Assembly: GCA_002633005.1 (NCBI GenBank)
Contig: NMRA01000103.1
Location: 527,612-591,611 of the forward strand
Length of the DNA: 64,000 nucleotides
Reading direction: 5' to 3'
Origin: Phoronis australis
Taxonomy: Eukaryota; Animalia; Phoronida
Of the stretch, positions 1 to 12,407 are shown piece by piece. Every line of letters begins with the position of its first letter. Positions within the stretch are counted from its first letter, which is position 1. The notes below the pieces were generated by a model, which did not search any database, was not told the DNA's origin, and saw nothing but the letters and a program-made list of their open reading frames with translations. Both the position numbers and the translations under genes were made by a program.

Positions 1-362
1 TACAAGATAATGTCCTGCTTTGTTCGTATACCATGTGACATGTGGTTTTTTCAAACATGTATTGTTGCAAAGTAACAATTACAATACAAACGTACACAAA
101 CATAAATAAACATTTACCACCATTATAGTTGTACTAAGTTCCATTTTTCATTGTGATTTTCTAATGTACCACTGATTTTACTAATAGCAAATTCTACATT
201 TCTATAGTTTGTCAAAACTCTAGTGACATCAGTTGCTAACGGAATTTTGTTCTGCATTGTACACTATGAACAACTAAATTACATACGTTAGAATTGTTAG
301 GGTTTTTTTTACACATCATATAATTATTGTTTACAACACCAGACCTGTGGCTATGACTGAAA

Positions 363-445
363 AGGTCACTGTACCAACCGGGGCTTGAACTGGAGACTTT
401 CTGCTAACTATGCGGATGCTATTAGAACCACTTTATCTGAGCCAG
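363..445 (-). mobile_element. tRNA-derived SINE head (degenerate)
   Basis: Minus strand reads GGCTGGCTCAGAT...TAGCAGAAAGTCTCCAGTTCAAGCCCCGG, with A-box-like and B-box-like (GTTCAAGCC) Pol III motifs at tRNA spacing. It does not fold as a clean cloverleaf. Confidence 0.45.
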
Positions 446-554
446 CCCCCAGTCAAAATCTTTTCGGACTGAAATATGTACCACACCCGGTTTTGTCCTG
501 TTAACAAATACTAAAAGCAACTTTCCCATCCAGTTCTCTGCCAACAAAATAAAG

Positions 555-810
555 CTCTGCAACCCTCAACAACCCTCAAAAGTTTTGAGGGTAATTTGAA
601 AACTCCTTTCAAAGTCTGCTTAACTGGCAAGCATGACCTATGCTTTTAACGAATTACACGGATGAAGCTGTGGGAAAAGACCACCCACCATAGACCATAT
701 TGTCCATTCTGTGACTTAGGGTCTGTAAGGGCTTTTAATTGATTCCTGCCTTTCACTTGGAAGAGGATGGTTGGAAATCATCAAAACAGGGTTTAGTATC
801 CTTTTAACTA
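555..810 (+). repeat. Interspersed repeat family, other copies at ~18040-18270 (-) and ~51715-52160 (+)
   Basis: Shared blocks CTCTGCAACCCTC(A/G)ACAACCCT, GGCAAGC(A/G)TGACCTA and AAAACAGGGTTTAGTATCCTTTT. Confidence 0.7.
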
Positions 811-840
811 TAACTTGTGTGATGTGATTAACATGTGAAA

Positions 841-1538
841 TCAAATCTTTTAATTACAGTTTTCGAACCGGCCGTCTCCCTACCACTATGCATCAAGGTG
901 TCATTACTCTGATTCCTAAGGTCAAGAAACCACGTGAATACATTAAAAATTGGAGACCAATCTCCTTACTAAATTCAAGTTATAAACTATTATCAGCATG
1001 TATTGCACAAAGGATAAAATCTGTTTTAAATAAGTTAATTCATCCTAATCAAACTGGGTTTCTCCCAGGTCGCTTTATGGGAGAGAACACCAGAGTGATT
1101 TATGACATCTTACAATATACTCAAGTTAAGGATATTCCCGGACTTCTGGTATTAATTGATTTTGAAAAAGCCATTGATTCTGTGTCCTGGAGATTTCTTA
1201 AGAAAGTTCTACACTATTTCAAGTTTGGTGACGATATTATTCGTTGATTCACAATACTCAATGAAAGTGTCCAACTTTCAGTCATTCAGTATGGCTTTAC
1301 GTCCAACTACTTTAACATTTGCCGAGGTTGCAGACAAGGGGATCCCCTTTCACCTTATCTTTTTTTGTTGTGTGCCGAAATTATGGCATCTATGTTGANG
1401 TCTTTTTTTGCCTAACTAGCTTTTGTAGGGTCCGATAATGTTTCGTAATTTGTTTGATGTACACTAAACTAGATGTCATATTGTCACACAACTATGTACT
1501 GGTTGGTTGAGTTAATAAATATCTCTGGAAAAAAAAAC
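841..1538 (+). mobile_element. 5'-truncated L1/Tx1 non-LTR retrotransposon copy, intronic, with a gap at N1399
   Basis: Near-identical to the reverse complement of 14258-14818 (RT motifs NWRPISLLN, GCRQGDPLSPYLF), followed by the element 3' UTR, AATAAA and poly(A). TSD AACATGTGAAA at 830-840 and 1536-1546. A TGG>TGA nonsense change lies at 1245. Confidence 0.93.
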
Positions 1539-2339
1539 ATGTGAAAAATAAGAATTCTTCAATGCACTGATTTCTAACAGCAAAACTATATATGTTACAC
1601 ATTATTTTCACCTGCAGCAAAAGAATAAATAATTAGTTACAAAGTTCGATACTATTGGAATAATTTATGTTCTAAAGCAGAAAAAGCTCTCGGACGTTTC
1701 AAACGTTTTAACAAAAGAAATTCACATAATTAATATGTTTAACCTTTACAGGTGTTCTATTGCACAATGTTTTTATTCATTGGAACGTCATTTCCACACA
1801 AAGAATTTTGCCAATTAATGTAGTGTGGTGAATATATAGTAGCATTTAGACTTAATTGTTTAATATTAAAGTCTGATGGATTCATGTCAAACAGAGTTGC
1901 TCAAGATAATAGGCACCACTTTTAGGCTTACACTCATTTTCAGTGCTTGAAAATGCAAGGGTGATTTTATGTGTATTCATTTGCATTTTAAAAAGGACAG
2001 GTGTCTGTGAAGAGTTTTTTTCTTAGATTTATAATAACATTTTGTTTCTGCTAAAAGTTGACATTGCAGGTGTTTTATGCGTTAACCCAATAAGAGACTA
2101 CCGTAGTCGTTTTAGTTTACTTCTGTTGTTGGACCAGTGTTATTTTGCCGTTTGACGAATCTTGAGGTTTACACCAACCCCATCTTGTACACTGAAATTA
2201 AATTAATTCAAATTGTATTTGGCATAGTGAAATTTTAATTGATTGAATTGTAGCTTAGTAAATAGCTACTGAATTCTTGTGAGCTTGCGGTGTTGTAGGT
2301 TTTGTACCAACGTCTCATGCTCGTCTGTTTTTTCCGCAG

Positions 2340-2529
2340 GTTTTGTGTGGGAGATAAGTTCTATTTATGTGACAATAAAATTCTGTGCGAGTACGACTAC
2401 GAAGAGAGACTGCAGTTTGCCAGCCTGGCTTACAACTATAATGCTTTGTCGCATATCAAAAGGCACACGCAGAGTATCGGTGAGGAGGTCACAAACGGTT
2501 ACAGCAGCAGTCCACAGCCAATTGCATAA
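2340..2529 (+). CDS. LMO4: Final coding exon of a LIM-domain-only protein (LMO4-like)
   Basis: Polypyrimidine tract plus CAG acceptor at 2337-2339, then (R)FCVGDKFYLCDNKILCEYDYEER..., the end of LIM2 typical of invertebrate LMO4-like proteins. Stop TAA at 2527-2529. Upstream exons are not seen in this window. Confidence 0.88.
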
Positions 2530-4385
2530 ACAGGTGACTCGCCAAGCATGTGCTCGGGTTTTGACTGTGCCATAACATTACCCATGGATTTTTGAAGAGT
2601 CTCATAGGAGCTGTGAGTCTGCAAATTGATTGCTATATTGTGCTGATGTTTTGGAAAAATGTATTATGCGTTCCTGCACCATGCCGAGTGGCTGCGATTC
2701 ACCTACACTGCGCCCTCTATTGTCAATGCTGAGAACCTTCTAAGAGGTCTCTTAATTTTCTTCACTGACAATAGGGTGTACAACCCAGTCTCTGGATTTG
2801 CGTGTACAAGTGTCGAGTGGAAGATATACCAAGGTATTTGAAGGGAGCGCCCTCTGGCATTGGATGATTTGGTGGCAAATGTGGAAATATTTGTGCTCTG
2901 AGTAGCAATGCTATGAAGGGAGAATGTCTGCTGAGGAAACATAATTAAATGATGTTTGCGAAAACACGATGTTGGAACTGTGTCTCTGCAGTTTGGTGCC
3001 GCTGTCATTGTGCAGTAGGAGTAAATTGTAATGAACTTTACAAGCTGGAGTTCTAAAAAGTTTAATTGTAATTGTAATTGAAACTTAGTGTAATGTGGTA
3101 GAAGTGTGGATTGAACGATGGACACGTTTACGTTGTGTTTTGTTACAGAGGATTTACAACGTTTCTGAACACGTCTTTAATTGTGCAGATTTCTTACTTC
3201 TTATGTTGAAGAGTTTCATCTGAAAACGAGATATCTACCAAATTCAAAATTTTGGAACCACCTACCGTACCGGAACATCATCACTTTTCCAGCGTAACCC
3301 AATATATTCTACAGTAATGCGTGCTCCAAAGCACGCCATTTCTTTCTGAAATGCGATATACCCCCAGTGACTTTGAATCTCAAATTTGGCAGATATCTCA
3401 TTTTGCGACGAAACTGTTCATTTCTTCGTGCAGTATAATTGTTGACTCTTTTATGAGGCATAATAATATTTGTTTCGCCATAAAAGCATTGTTGTATCTC
3501 CAATGCTGTTATTGTGAGGACAAGTTTGTGATCATTTGCAATTGTAGGATATGAAAGGTTTGTCATAAGCCGCTTTTCTGGTAATTAGCTGTCAGTGCAG
3601 TTACATTCACGAATATATTTTTGTTTCATTTCGTCTGATGGCAAATGGAAGTTCCTTTGTGATGTCATAGGAGAACAGAGTTATGGGCAGAAAGGAGGTT
3701 TGATTTGCTGACCATTTGTACTTGGCTCTCTGAATACAATCCAGGTGGTACTGATGAAATGTGAATGAATGATTTAAACAATGCTATCGTTGCTTTAACA
3801 TTTAAGCTAATTATTCCTTAATTGAGGCTCTTTCCGTTACAGACCATTATCAGAATGCTGGTTTCTGAACCTTTAGTACTATGGTTGTGTGGTTTTCTGT
3901 GGAGGTTTGTGGATGCAATCCAGCATCGGCTGTGCACTTAGTTATCTGCTTTTTTCAGAAGTTGGGTTGCTAACGGTATATTGATGTCCACATAGCCATT
4001 TTCTGATATAAATGACATGATGAAATACCCCTTGTCAATAGATGGCGCTAGGACAGCATTGTGTGTTATTGTTGAGGGATCTAATGCAGTGAGATATTTT
4101 CCGGCGTTTTTTTTGTAAATTCTTTCCAACAGTCATGTCGTCACATTGCCGTTGTTGTGCGATGGAATTTTCTTCAAACAACTCACACAAAAGTTCCGTC
4201 TCAAATGGTGGCGGATGAAAGAAATTGCGTGTGGTCCCTGTCAACACCGTCAGTCCATCTTGCACATCAGAATCAGAAATTACAAAATGCTAAAAGTTGT
4301 ATGTTGAATGATTCAAATATCGGTTTCCAGTCTCGAAGGCTCATTCTGTTAACTGCAAGAATGACTCACGGTAACCCTTAAGGTG

Positions 4386-4858
4386 CAGGGCTTGGAATTT
4401 TCCGCGGAAACGCGGATTTCCGCTTTTTTCAAATGTGCTTTCCGCTTTTTTTATAATATTTCCGCGTAAAAAAATCGGATTTGATATAAAATTTTCGCGG
4501 CAAATTCCTTTCTTACCGCGGCGTTGCAGACGACATTCACCTCGAAAAGCGAAAGTTGCTCTTTATGTTTCGGAGGAACGTAAATTGTCAACATTGCCGG
4601 GACATCTGGGACAGCGTGGTGGGATTTTCAATGGCGCCTAGTGTTATTGTTAAGCGCAGCGACAAATACTACCGCTCTGCAGTCAAAAATGTGTGGGTTG
4701 GGAGTGGACGGGCGAGCTAAAAGGACGCACACGCATGCTACTGATGGTGGTAACTTTTTTTTTTTTTTAGTCCTCCCGATTTTGGGTATCGGGCATGATT
4801 TGGGCCTTAAAAGTTTCAAAGTTTCCGTGTTTTTTGTCATTGGTCATTCCAAGCCCTG
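4386..4858 (+). mobile_element. Non-autonomous hAT-like MITE with 6-bp TSD (hAT6-type), copy 1
   Basis: TIRs CAGGGCTTGGAAT / ATTCCAAGCCCTG, with AAGGTG duplicated on both sides. Homologous along its length to 60226-60726. Confidence 0.9.
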
Positions 4859-6689
4859 AAGGTGGCAAAATTCTAATTACAGAATAATTTAGCCACCTTA
4901 CTAACTTCATTGTTATTCCCCTTCATTCTGTGTCTGGAGGAAAGGCTGCTATGGTGATGAATGTCACTTCTGTCAGTCATGGGTCACATCAGGTTGTTTT
5001 GTCTGAATAATTTTGGCTTGCACTGTATGAATCGAGGTAAAGATAAACCGTAACTTAATCACAACCTTTTTTGTCAAGGTTGAAGACACTTTTTCTTTGT
5101 TTTCGCCAATTTAGAACACAGAATGTTACTTCAGTTGAAAAGAATACTTTGTGATATTTCTGTAATTACAGTTCTGTATATATTTGTATTTCTTAGCTAT
5201 GCCTTTATGTACATTAATTGAAAATTTATGTCATTAAATATTTGACATCATTTTGCAGTACACAAACATAAATTGAGAAATTCAGCATTAAAATTCTTTT
5301 TAAAAAGTCCATTTATTTCAAAAATAATGAAATGTTGAAAGAGCACAATTTTGGAAGAGTTTCAGCTAAAGTGGTTTGCATTTCATCATGTTTTTAAAAT
5401 TCTTAACAAAAATTAATCAGAGTGAGTAATTTTAATTAATGATAATTATGAAATACAACTGGTCCTCCAAACTTCTGTCCAATAGGAGCAGCTCCATGTG
5501 TGCTTTACCACTGGATATTAATTGACTTTTTTAAAACTTTGGATTGCAGAGTAGTTTATCTTGCCTCAGGAGACTAAAATGAGGTTTGATCAAGGGATTG
5601 TGTAGGTTCTGTTAGTACAAGCCATTCTACTATGGACTAAACATTTCTTAATCTCTATTTTTGTGAAGAAATTTGACAAAATAGAATTTCGCTTGTCGGC
5701 CATATCGTGTTCTAAATAAGTGAAGAATTTCTGCAGTATTCGTTAACTGTATTACAACCGTCACCTTCCGTGTCTAGTCTTGCAGGCTATAGAATGCATA
5801 TATTTAACATCAATGCCCTGCTGTACCCTTCATTACTGTGAGTTTTATTTTTACCAAAATATTGTTTTGCCTACTGTGTGTACACCATACGTGTGAGAAT
5901 CCAATTGAGCAAAATCTGAAGCCTTCTTTTATTTAACATCTTGTCGCATGCAGAGAAAAGTTGTATCGAAGGTCCCAGAATTTGAATCCATGTTAATTCC
6001 GCAACAGAATTTGTCAGCTAGTGTCCATCGAAATTTCAGGCTCCAGTTTAGACTGCATTCTTATAAAATGTGTTCTAGCACAGTAGACAGGTAGATAACC
6101 ACAGGAGGCATGGTATTAGCAGTAGCTGCTAACCACAGTCACCTCGAAAATGTGGATTGTGCTAGAACCTGTACCACAGTCGAACATCATTACAGTGTTC
6201 CCTGTTTATAATGTTACCTATGGTATAAGGTAAAACTTTCAGTGTATTTAGTTAACACTGGTTTCTACCAAAGGTAATAGTTACTTACAGGAGTCCTGCA
6301 TTTTGAGAACCACTGAACAACAAGCATCAAATTGGTTCTCAAAGTCCAGGACCCCTTTATGTGCGTTTCCCAACAAACTATGGTTAACACAGATTTCGAA
6401 CCTTTGTACAGATTGTAATGAGGTGCAGCCACTGGATACTTGGATATTCTCGTGCTTGAAAGCAACTGTAGAATGCTAGATAGTGAATTCCCTCTGTTTG
6501 CATAAAGTATTTTTGTAATTTTTAAAAGTTTCTTGTTAAGCGTTGATGGTATATTTTAAGATATTCTAATTACACTGAGCATCGTTTGCTTAGTTTAAAT
6601 GTTTTGTTTGGTCTTCTGTGCCATGTTTCATGAAACAGTGTCAAACAGGCACTCATCTAAGTTCCCTAAATCTACTGCCTACGTGTGTT

Positions 6690-6830
6690 CTTGTGAAAAC
6701 ACTTGTTGTCCTTTCAGATGCTGCTTGAGTCTCATTACTTTAGTCAATGTTTGGCTTTGATACAAATCGAGAGTTAACTCTATGTTAAATTCTCAATATT
6801 TTTAAAAATAAGGAGGGCTCTTTTCATGCA
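6690..6830 (+). repeat. Interspersed repeat, second copy at ~16050-16195
   Basis: Shared GTGAAAACACT...GTCAAT(G/T)TTTGGCTTTGATACAAA...AATTCTCAAT...AAAAATAAG...TGCAA. Confidence 0.65.
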
Positions 6831-8302
6831 ACGCCCTAAGGATTAAGTCCCTATTTATTTGGACTGAATTAAAGGCTCTGTATTATTAGCAAATGCCATT
6901 ATTCAAAGAGGACCTCATAATAAAAACAAGGAACGAAACAAATAAACAACAAGTTTGGGGAACTTAGTTGATCCCTATTTGAGACTGTTTCAATCAGCAG
7001 GCACTGCAACACGTTTCTGTTGTTGGTGCTACCACCTATTGAAGATTTAGTTAACTACAGTTTGCGTTGTAAATCTGGAAGACGTTTGTAAAGCCTTATG
7101 AGTTAACGTGAGTTTGCTACATTGTGTCAAAATACTATTTGAAACTTTGACCTTTACTGTCCGTAGTCTTTTGTTGTTCAGTCGGATTAATGGTTTATTT
7201 GCTGAAATTCATAAAATAAATTTAGTCATATCCACTTGGACTGCTGTTTTGTCACCGACAAAGATAGTCAATCTATATGTAAGACGGGCACCACTTTTCT
7301 CAGGGTGCAAAGTGACACTTAGGCCCGGGAGGGTAGCTGCGTAGTATACAGTGCGAACATAGACTATNNNNNNNNNNNNNNNNNNNNNNNGGAAGTGCCA
7401 ATGTCTGAATGACAAAACCCTGGCTAATACTCTTCTCTGGTCCCCCTAACACAAAATCCTAGATCCGCCCCTGGATATACATATCATTAAAATCGGTTCA
7501 GTAACGGCCATTTAGCTACTGAAAATTTATCCCCTTCTCAAGTGCTGCAGTACTTCTTTTTTTAAAAATATTCATGAATGCATGCCCCATTTGTTGAAAC
7601 GGATATCAATATAAAGAAGAAAGTTTAATATTTCGCTAGCATACTTTTCATTTTCCACCACTTTTCTTGCTAATATATATGAGCTTCTGAAAATCATGAA
7701 AAATGGCAAAATTTCGCTCTTGCTGAATTTGGATAAATCCGATAAATAGGCCTATGTATTATAGACGTAGTGACGAATGAGAAACTACATTTAGGTCGGG
7801 GAAAAATTCATACAAAATCACAAAATTCAAACTAAATTTCATCGTAAACGACTGAGAATTCAACTAGTGAAAAGAATTATCCATTTAGCTCAACCTTTTC
7901 ATTGGGCCAAACTCCTCGATTCGTGTGTTGGTCTGTGCCAGCAGGCGGACCGATCAACAACAACTTGTCAAGTTAATTCCGACGCGTTTCGTAGCAATAA
8001 TCCGACTTGAATGGCTCGCATACGCGATTTAGGTTGCATTAAACGCAACAAATTAATTTCAAACTCAAAGATTTGCTTGACGTGCGCGAAATAAAAACCA
8101 AAGTTCACCTTCGTTACTGCGCTTAGCCATGAGACCGGAAGTTTTGAGTCCTGCTCACGTACTTTTGCGTTAGGCCGCGAGACTTCACGGAGTCGCGAAT
8201 CTCTTTACGAGTATCTATGGTGCGAATAATGTTCTCTCAAAGGTATGAGAGTGGGAATTTACGTGATCTAGAAATATGTAGGGGTGGAAGGTATGCGTGG
8301 TG

Positions 8303-10611
8303 CAGTGGCGGATCTAGGATATCACAAGGGGGACCCAACATTTTGTCTGTAAACATTTGTGCAAAGCACGATTGTAGATGGTTTGCCCCCCTCCCGCCCA
8401 GGAAAATTTTTCTGTTTTTTCCTCTAAAAATCAAGCATTTTCCTAGATTCCTGAAGTATCATCCAAGAAAAAAGGCAAAGAAATAAAAAACACGGAGAAC
8501 GTGTCAAACTTCAGAAACAGCAAATACCACAGACTCGATCTCACGACCTCAGGCTGTTAGAGCGCGCATGGTTTACCATTACACCACCTCGAATTTCGCT
8601 CATAATTTGATACTAAGAGACCTACTTGTTTATGGTCCACAGCGTTTGCGCGCGAAACCTACTTCTTTTTGTAATGCTTATTACACGTTTTATATCTTGT
8701 GCAATCAGTTAGTAACAATTTTTTGCATAGTCCGGATACCTATCGTCAGGCTCCAAAGGTCGTCCGCCATCTTCTTTCGCGTGCAGCGCAGCTACGCGGG
8801 ACTTAGCGTTCCAATTTGGAGTGCTCGTCTGCACGTTAGGTACTAACCTCTCGGGAGAAACACGCATGGAAGAACTGTGACTAAAATTAATGCATTTACA
8901 AACTATTTTTTGAGACGACTTAAAAACTTGTAGATTTTACTAATGCACTTTTTGTTAATTTTCAGAAGATATTTTCGAAATTAAATTTTCTTCAGACGGA
9001 ACAAAAAGCAACCCAGGGATTGTTTATGCAATGTATCTATTTGTGCCAGGCACTAACCGACACCTGTTAGGCCAAAGGAAAAACGCAGCAGACAAATGGA
9101 ACAGGCGGGGTGCTTGGCCCACGCCTTGGTCATCAAAATATTGTCCACTTGTTTTTTTATTGCAAAACAAAGTACTGAGCTCAAAATTTATGTTGAAATT
9201 TTTGGTTAAAGCATTTTGAATTTATTTGAAGAAAATTAATATACTTGAATTGACAGATAATGGCCACCAATAAAGTAAAACATTGACTTTATTTCACTAT
9301 ATTGCATTGTTACATACAACACAGCATGACATAATCAAAAATAAAAGAAGAGATTGAGCAATAAAATTGAAATGCAACTTGGGTATTTATTTATTTATGA
9401 TTGCAGAAGTCTGTTAAAGATGAGAAAAAAAATCAAACAATAGATTATGTGTATTTATTAGAACAATTGTATCGAGGTTCCATGATCAACTTCCGCCGAC
9501 CAAGTCTCAAAGGGTTACAGTTCTGTTTTGGCTGACACCTAGGTGTTAACAGAGAATGAAGAGAAACTGAAAAGAAAAGAAGGACAGCAGAGATAAATGA
9601 TGTTAAGAACAACATGAGCAAAAAGTCAAATAAAGAGGTCACAAATACAAAATGAGTAAGGTCTATCTGGAATAAAACAATTATTGTGATTTATTTTCCA
9701 GAACTGAAATTCTAAATCAATTTTAATCGATTTAAAAATCGATATCATACTAGTAAAACAGTTTGTGGTTGAAGTTGAGTTGCTGTAAACCACTTTCCAC
9801 TATTTTCTTGACCTTTTTCTGTGTGGTTTTCTGTTCTTACAAAAGGCGGCAGCATATGACGACCCTAGAAGTCATTATAAAATGGCTGCCGAAAAGCAAT
9901 GCACAGTTGAACAACTCGGTTTAAGTAAAAGAAAACGTTTGAATCAAAGAATACTATATATTTGTGAGAGTTAAATCAAATCCTATTCAGAGCATAACTT
10001 TTAAATGGAATAATTGGGTGAGTACGACAACAAGCCGGTTTTATGCTTAGGCAGACGACCATTGGGTTCCCGAGTATATTTAAAATAGTCTTCAATTGCC
10101 CAAAATATCAAATCCGTTATTTTTTGTTGGCATTAACGACGCGATTGCTTTGGAAATCGTCTTAAGGTTTGACAAAGAGAGAATTATGAGTTTCTGAGTG
10201 ATTCACTAAGGCTTCGATTAAACTTCACATCTTACCAGTAGCTTCTGTTCTTTCATCGTCACTCAGATTCCAATTTCTTTAGAAATGAAGTAATTTTCTT
10301 CATTGCACAGTGAAGCAGACGACGGAAACGGAGTCGTAGTGCGCAGCGCCACTGTCGGTCGCCTGGGATATCGCGGGAGAGCCTGAACTTAGCTATAGTT
10401 CCGTTACGATTAAGCCGTGTTCCGAGTTTGACACTTGAAATTGGATCTGAGCACTAAAACTTCACACATTTCAATCTTGTTTCCGCCGTGTAATGTTAAT
10501 TACCGGGGTTAATTAATAAACTCAACATTTCCATACGCTCTTGCTGTTTTATTTTTTTACGGCAGCCAAGGGGGGGGGGCGGGACCCCTGCCCCCCCTAA
10601 ATCCGCCTTTG
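8303..10611 (+). mobile_element. hAT-like non-autonomous element with 5-bp TSD, carrying a nested insertion
   Basis: Ends CAGTGGCGGATCTAGG and CCTAAATCCGCCTTTG, with TGGTG on both flanks. Colinear with an inverted copy at 21840-23886. Confidence 0.85.
8730..10074. mobile_element. Nested TA-flanked DNA element with degenerate TIRs
   Basis: Absent from the sister copy, whose empty site at ~23560-23580 reads TTTTTTGTATTTAAAATAGTC on the minus strand. Termini GTCCGGATACCTATCGTC and GACCATTGGGTTCCCGAG are imperfect inverted repeats flanked by TA. Confidence 0.6.
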
Positions 10612-10699
10612 TGGTGAATGGCAACCAGGTTGTTTACGGTCTCCTACATGAGGGACAGTTTATTTTGAGCACATCTTTCTGGAAGAGTGGGCCATAGTG

Positions 10700-11845
10700 C
10701 TAAGCATAGATGAAACAGAGAAGTGAAGCCGCGTTTAGGGCGAGCCTGGCTGCTCCACGCTGTATTCTTTTTGTCTTGTCAATATTGGAACGAGTGGATG
10801 GATCCCAGACAGAGTTTGGACCTCACTAGTTTCTGTTTTTGATTGTGTCTATGCGAGTGTTCCATGGTAAACTATTGGTAAGTGTGACCCCCAAGGTATG
10901 TAATTGTATATTATGGGGGGCGCTTTCTGTGGACACGTAGAATAATACATTTGAAAACGTTGAAGTCCATTTTCCAATGGCCAGGATTTTTCCCAGGAGG
11001 CTAGGGAGTCTAAGTCTTCGGCATTGGGTCTATAGAGAACTGCATCATCGGCAAAGAGACGGACATTTGAAGGAATGGAGTCAGGAAGGTCATTAATATA
11101 GAGTATGAAGAGTGCGGGACCAAGGACAGAGCACTGGGGCACCCCTGGTTGAACTGGGGACTGAGGAATTTGAGAACTTGCATTCGACGACGACTCTCTG
11201 TGTTCTATGAGATAGTAAGGACCTGATCCAACTGTAGATGAGACTTCTTATACCGTAGTATCTGATCTTCTCCAAGAGCCCTGGATGAGATACCTTATCA
11301 AAGGCTTTGGAGGAGTCCAGCACCACGGCGTCGGTTTGAGTGCCTGCCTCTATAGTTTGGTCATCTATCAGTATGAATGACAAGTTGTGCTTCGCATGAT
11401 CTACGGTAACTACGAAAACCATGCTACCAGGTGTAAAGTATATTATTTGTGTCAAGATGAGGCATAATGTTGCTGGCAGCAATGTATTCTGTAAGTTTGG
11501 AGAATGTGCAGATGATTGATATTGGGCGGTAATTTGAAGCCAAGATGTTATCGTCTTTTTTGAAGATGGGTGCTACATTTGCTGTTGGTCATTCTGACGG
11601 AACTGTACATGACTGATAGGATTTGGTAAAGATTTCTTGAAGGACAGCTGCAATTTCTTCTGCGGCTGCTTTAAGAATGTGAGGAGATATTACATCAGGC
11701 CCAGCGGCTTTGTGAGGGTTGAGGTTCTGCAACATGTTGCATATACCGTCAGTGGAGAAAGTTACATCATACATGAAGTTACATGTATAGGGGCTTGTGC
11801 CTTTGTTGGGCGTATCTGTACCATTGTCTTTTGTGAAGATCGGGG
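10700..11845 (-). mobile_element. Decayed CR1/L2/Jockey-group LINE reverse transcriptase
   Basis: Frameshifted motifs [44 protein letters not shown] and RLFADD. Confidence 0.9.
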
Positions 11846-12407
11846 AAACGTGTGTGTGTTTAACACTTCTGAATTAATATTAGTATCTCTGACTAAACTG
11901 GGTAATTAAAAAGAAGGATATGGATAGATCTACGTACAGTCATTAACGCTTTTGAATATCCGTGAGATCATAACTCATTCGCGTTCACAGGAAACGTGAC
12001 AACTTTTTGCAACCATCATTAAATTGGCGTGCATAAATCGCGTATTTTACACGGACGAACATGTACATATGTCGCCTAGCACTTGCACTGCCACCACCAA
12101 GTGCTCGTTTCACAATAAAAATTTCTCGACAACCTGATGTGTTGCGTCACGAAGACGCAATATCCTAATGTCTTCGTTCTTTTCTTCACACGGTTGTCAG
12201 TAGGAAATGGCGTCTCGTCTGGCAAACAGCCACGAACACTGTCTCCTTCCAGCCGGCTCTATGCTGCCCGAGCCACGTCTACACCGAATACAGCGAGGGC
12301 AGAAGGGGAGATCGTCCGATTTTTCGAAAGCTGTCCGGGAGCTTGGCTTTCATGTACTCATCATCGTGTTGGGCGTGGTCTAGGATGATGCAGCAGCCTG
12401 AGGTGGG

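Noticed and set aside
2703-3125. 140-aa ORF antisense to the presumed LMO 3' UTR
   Set aside because: It has a non-ATG start, no domain features and no splice support.
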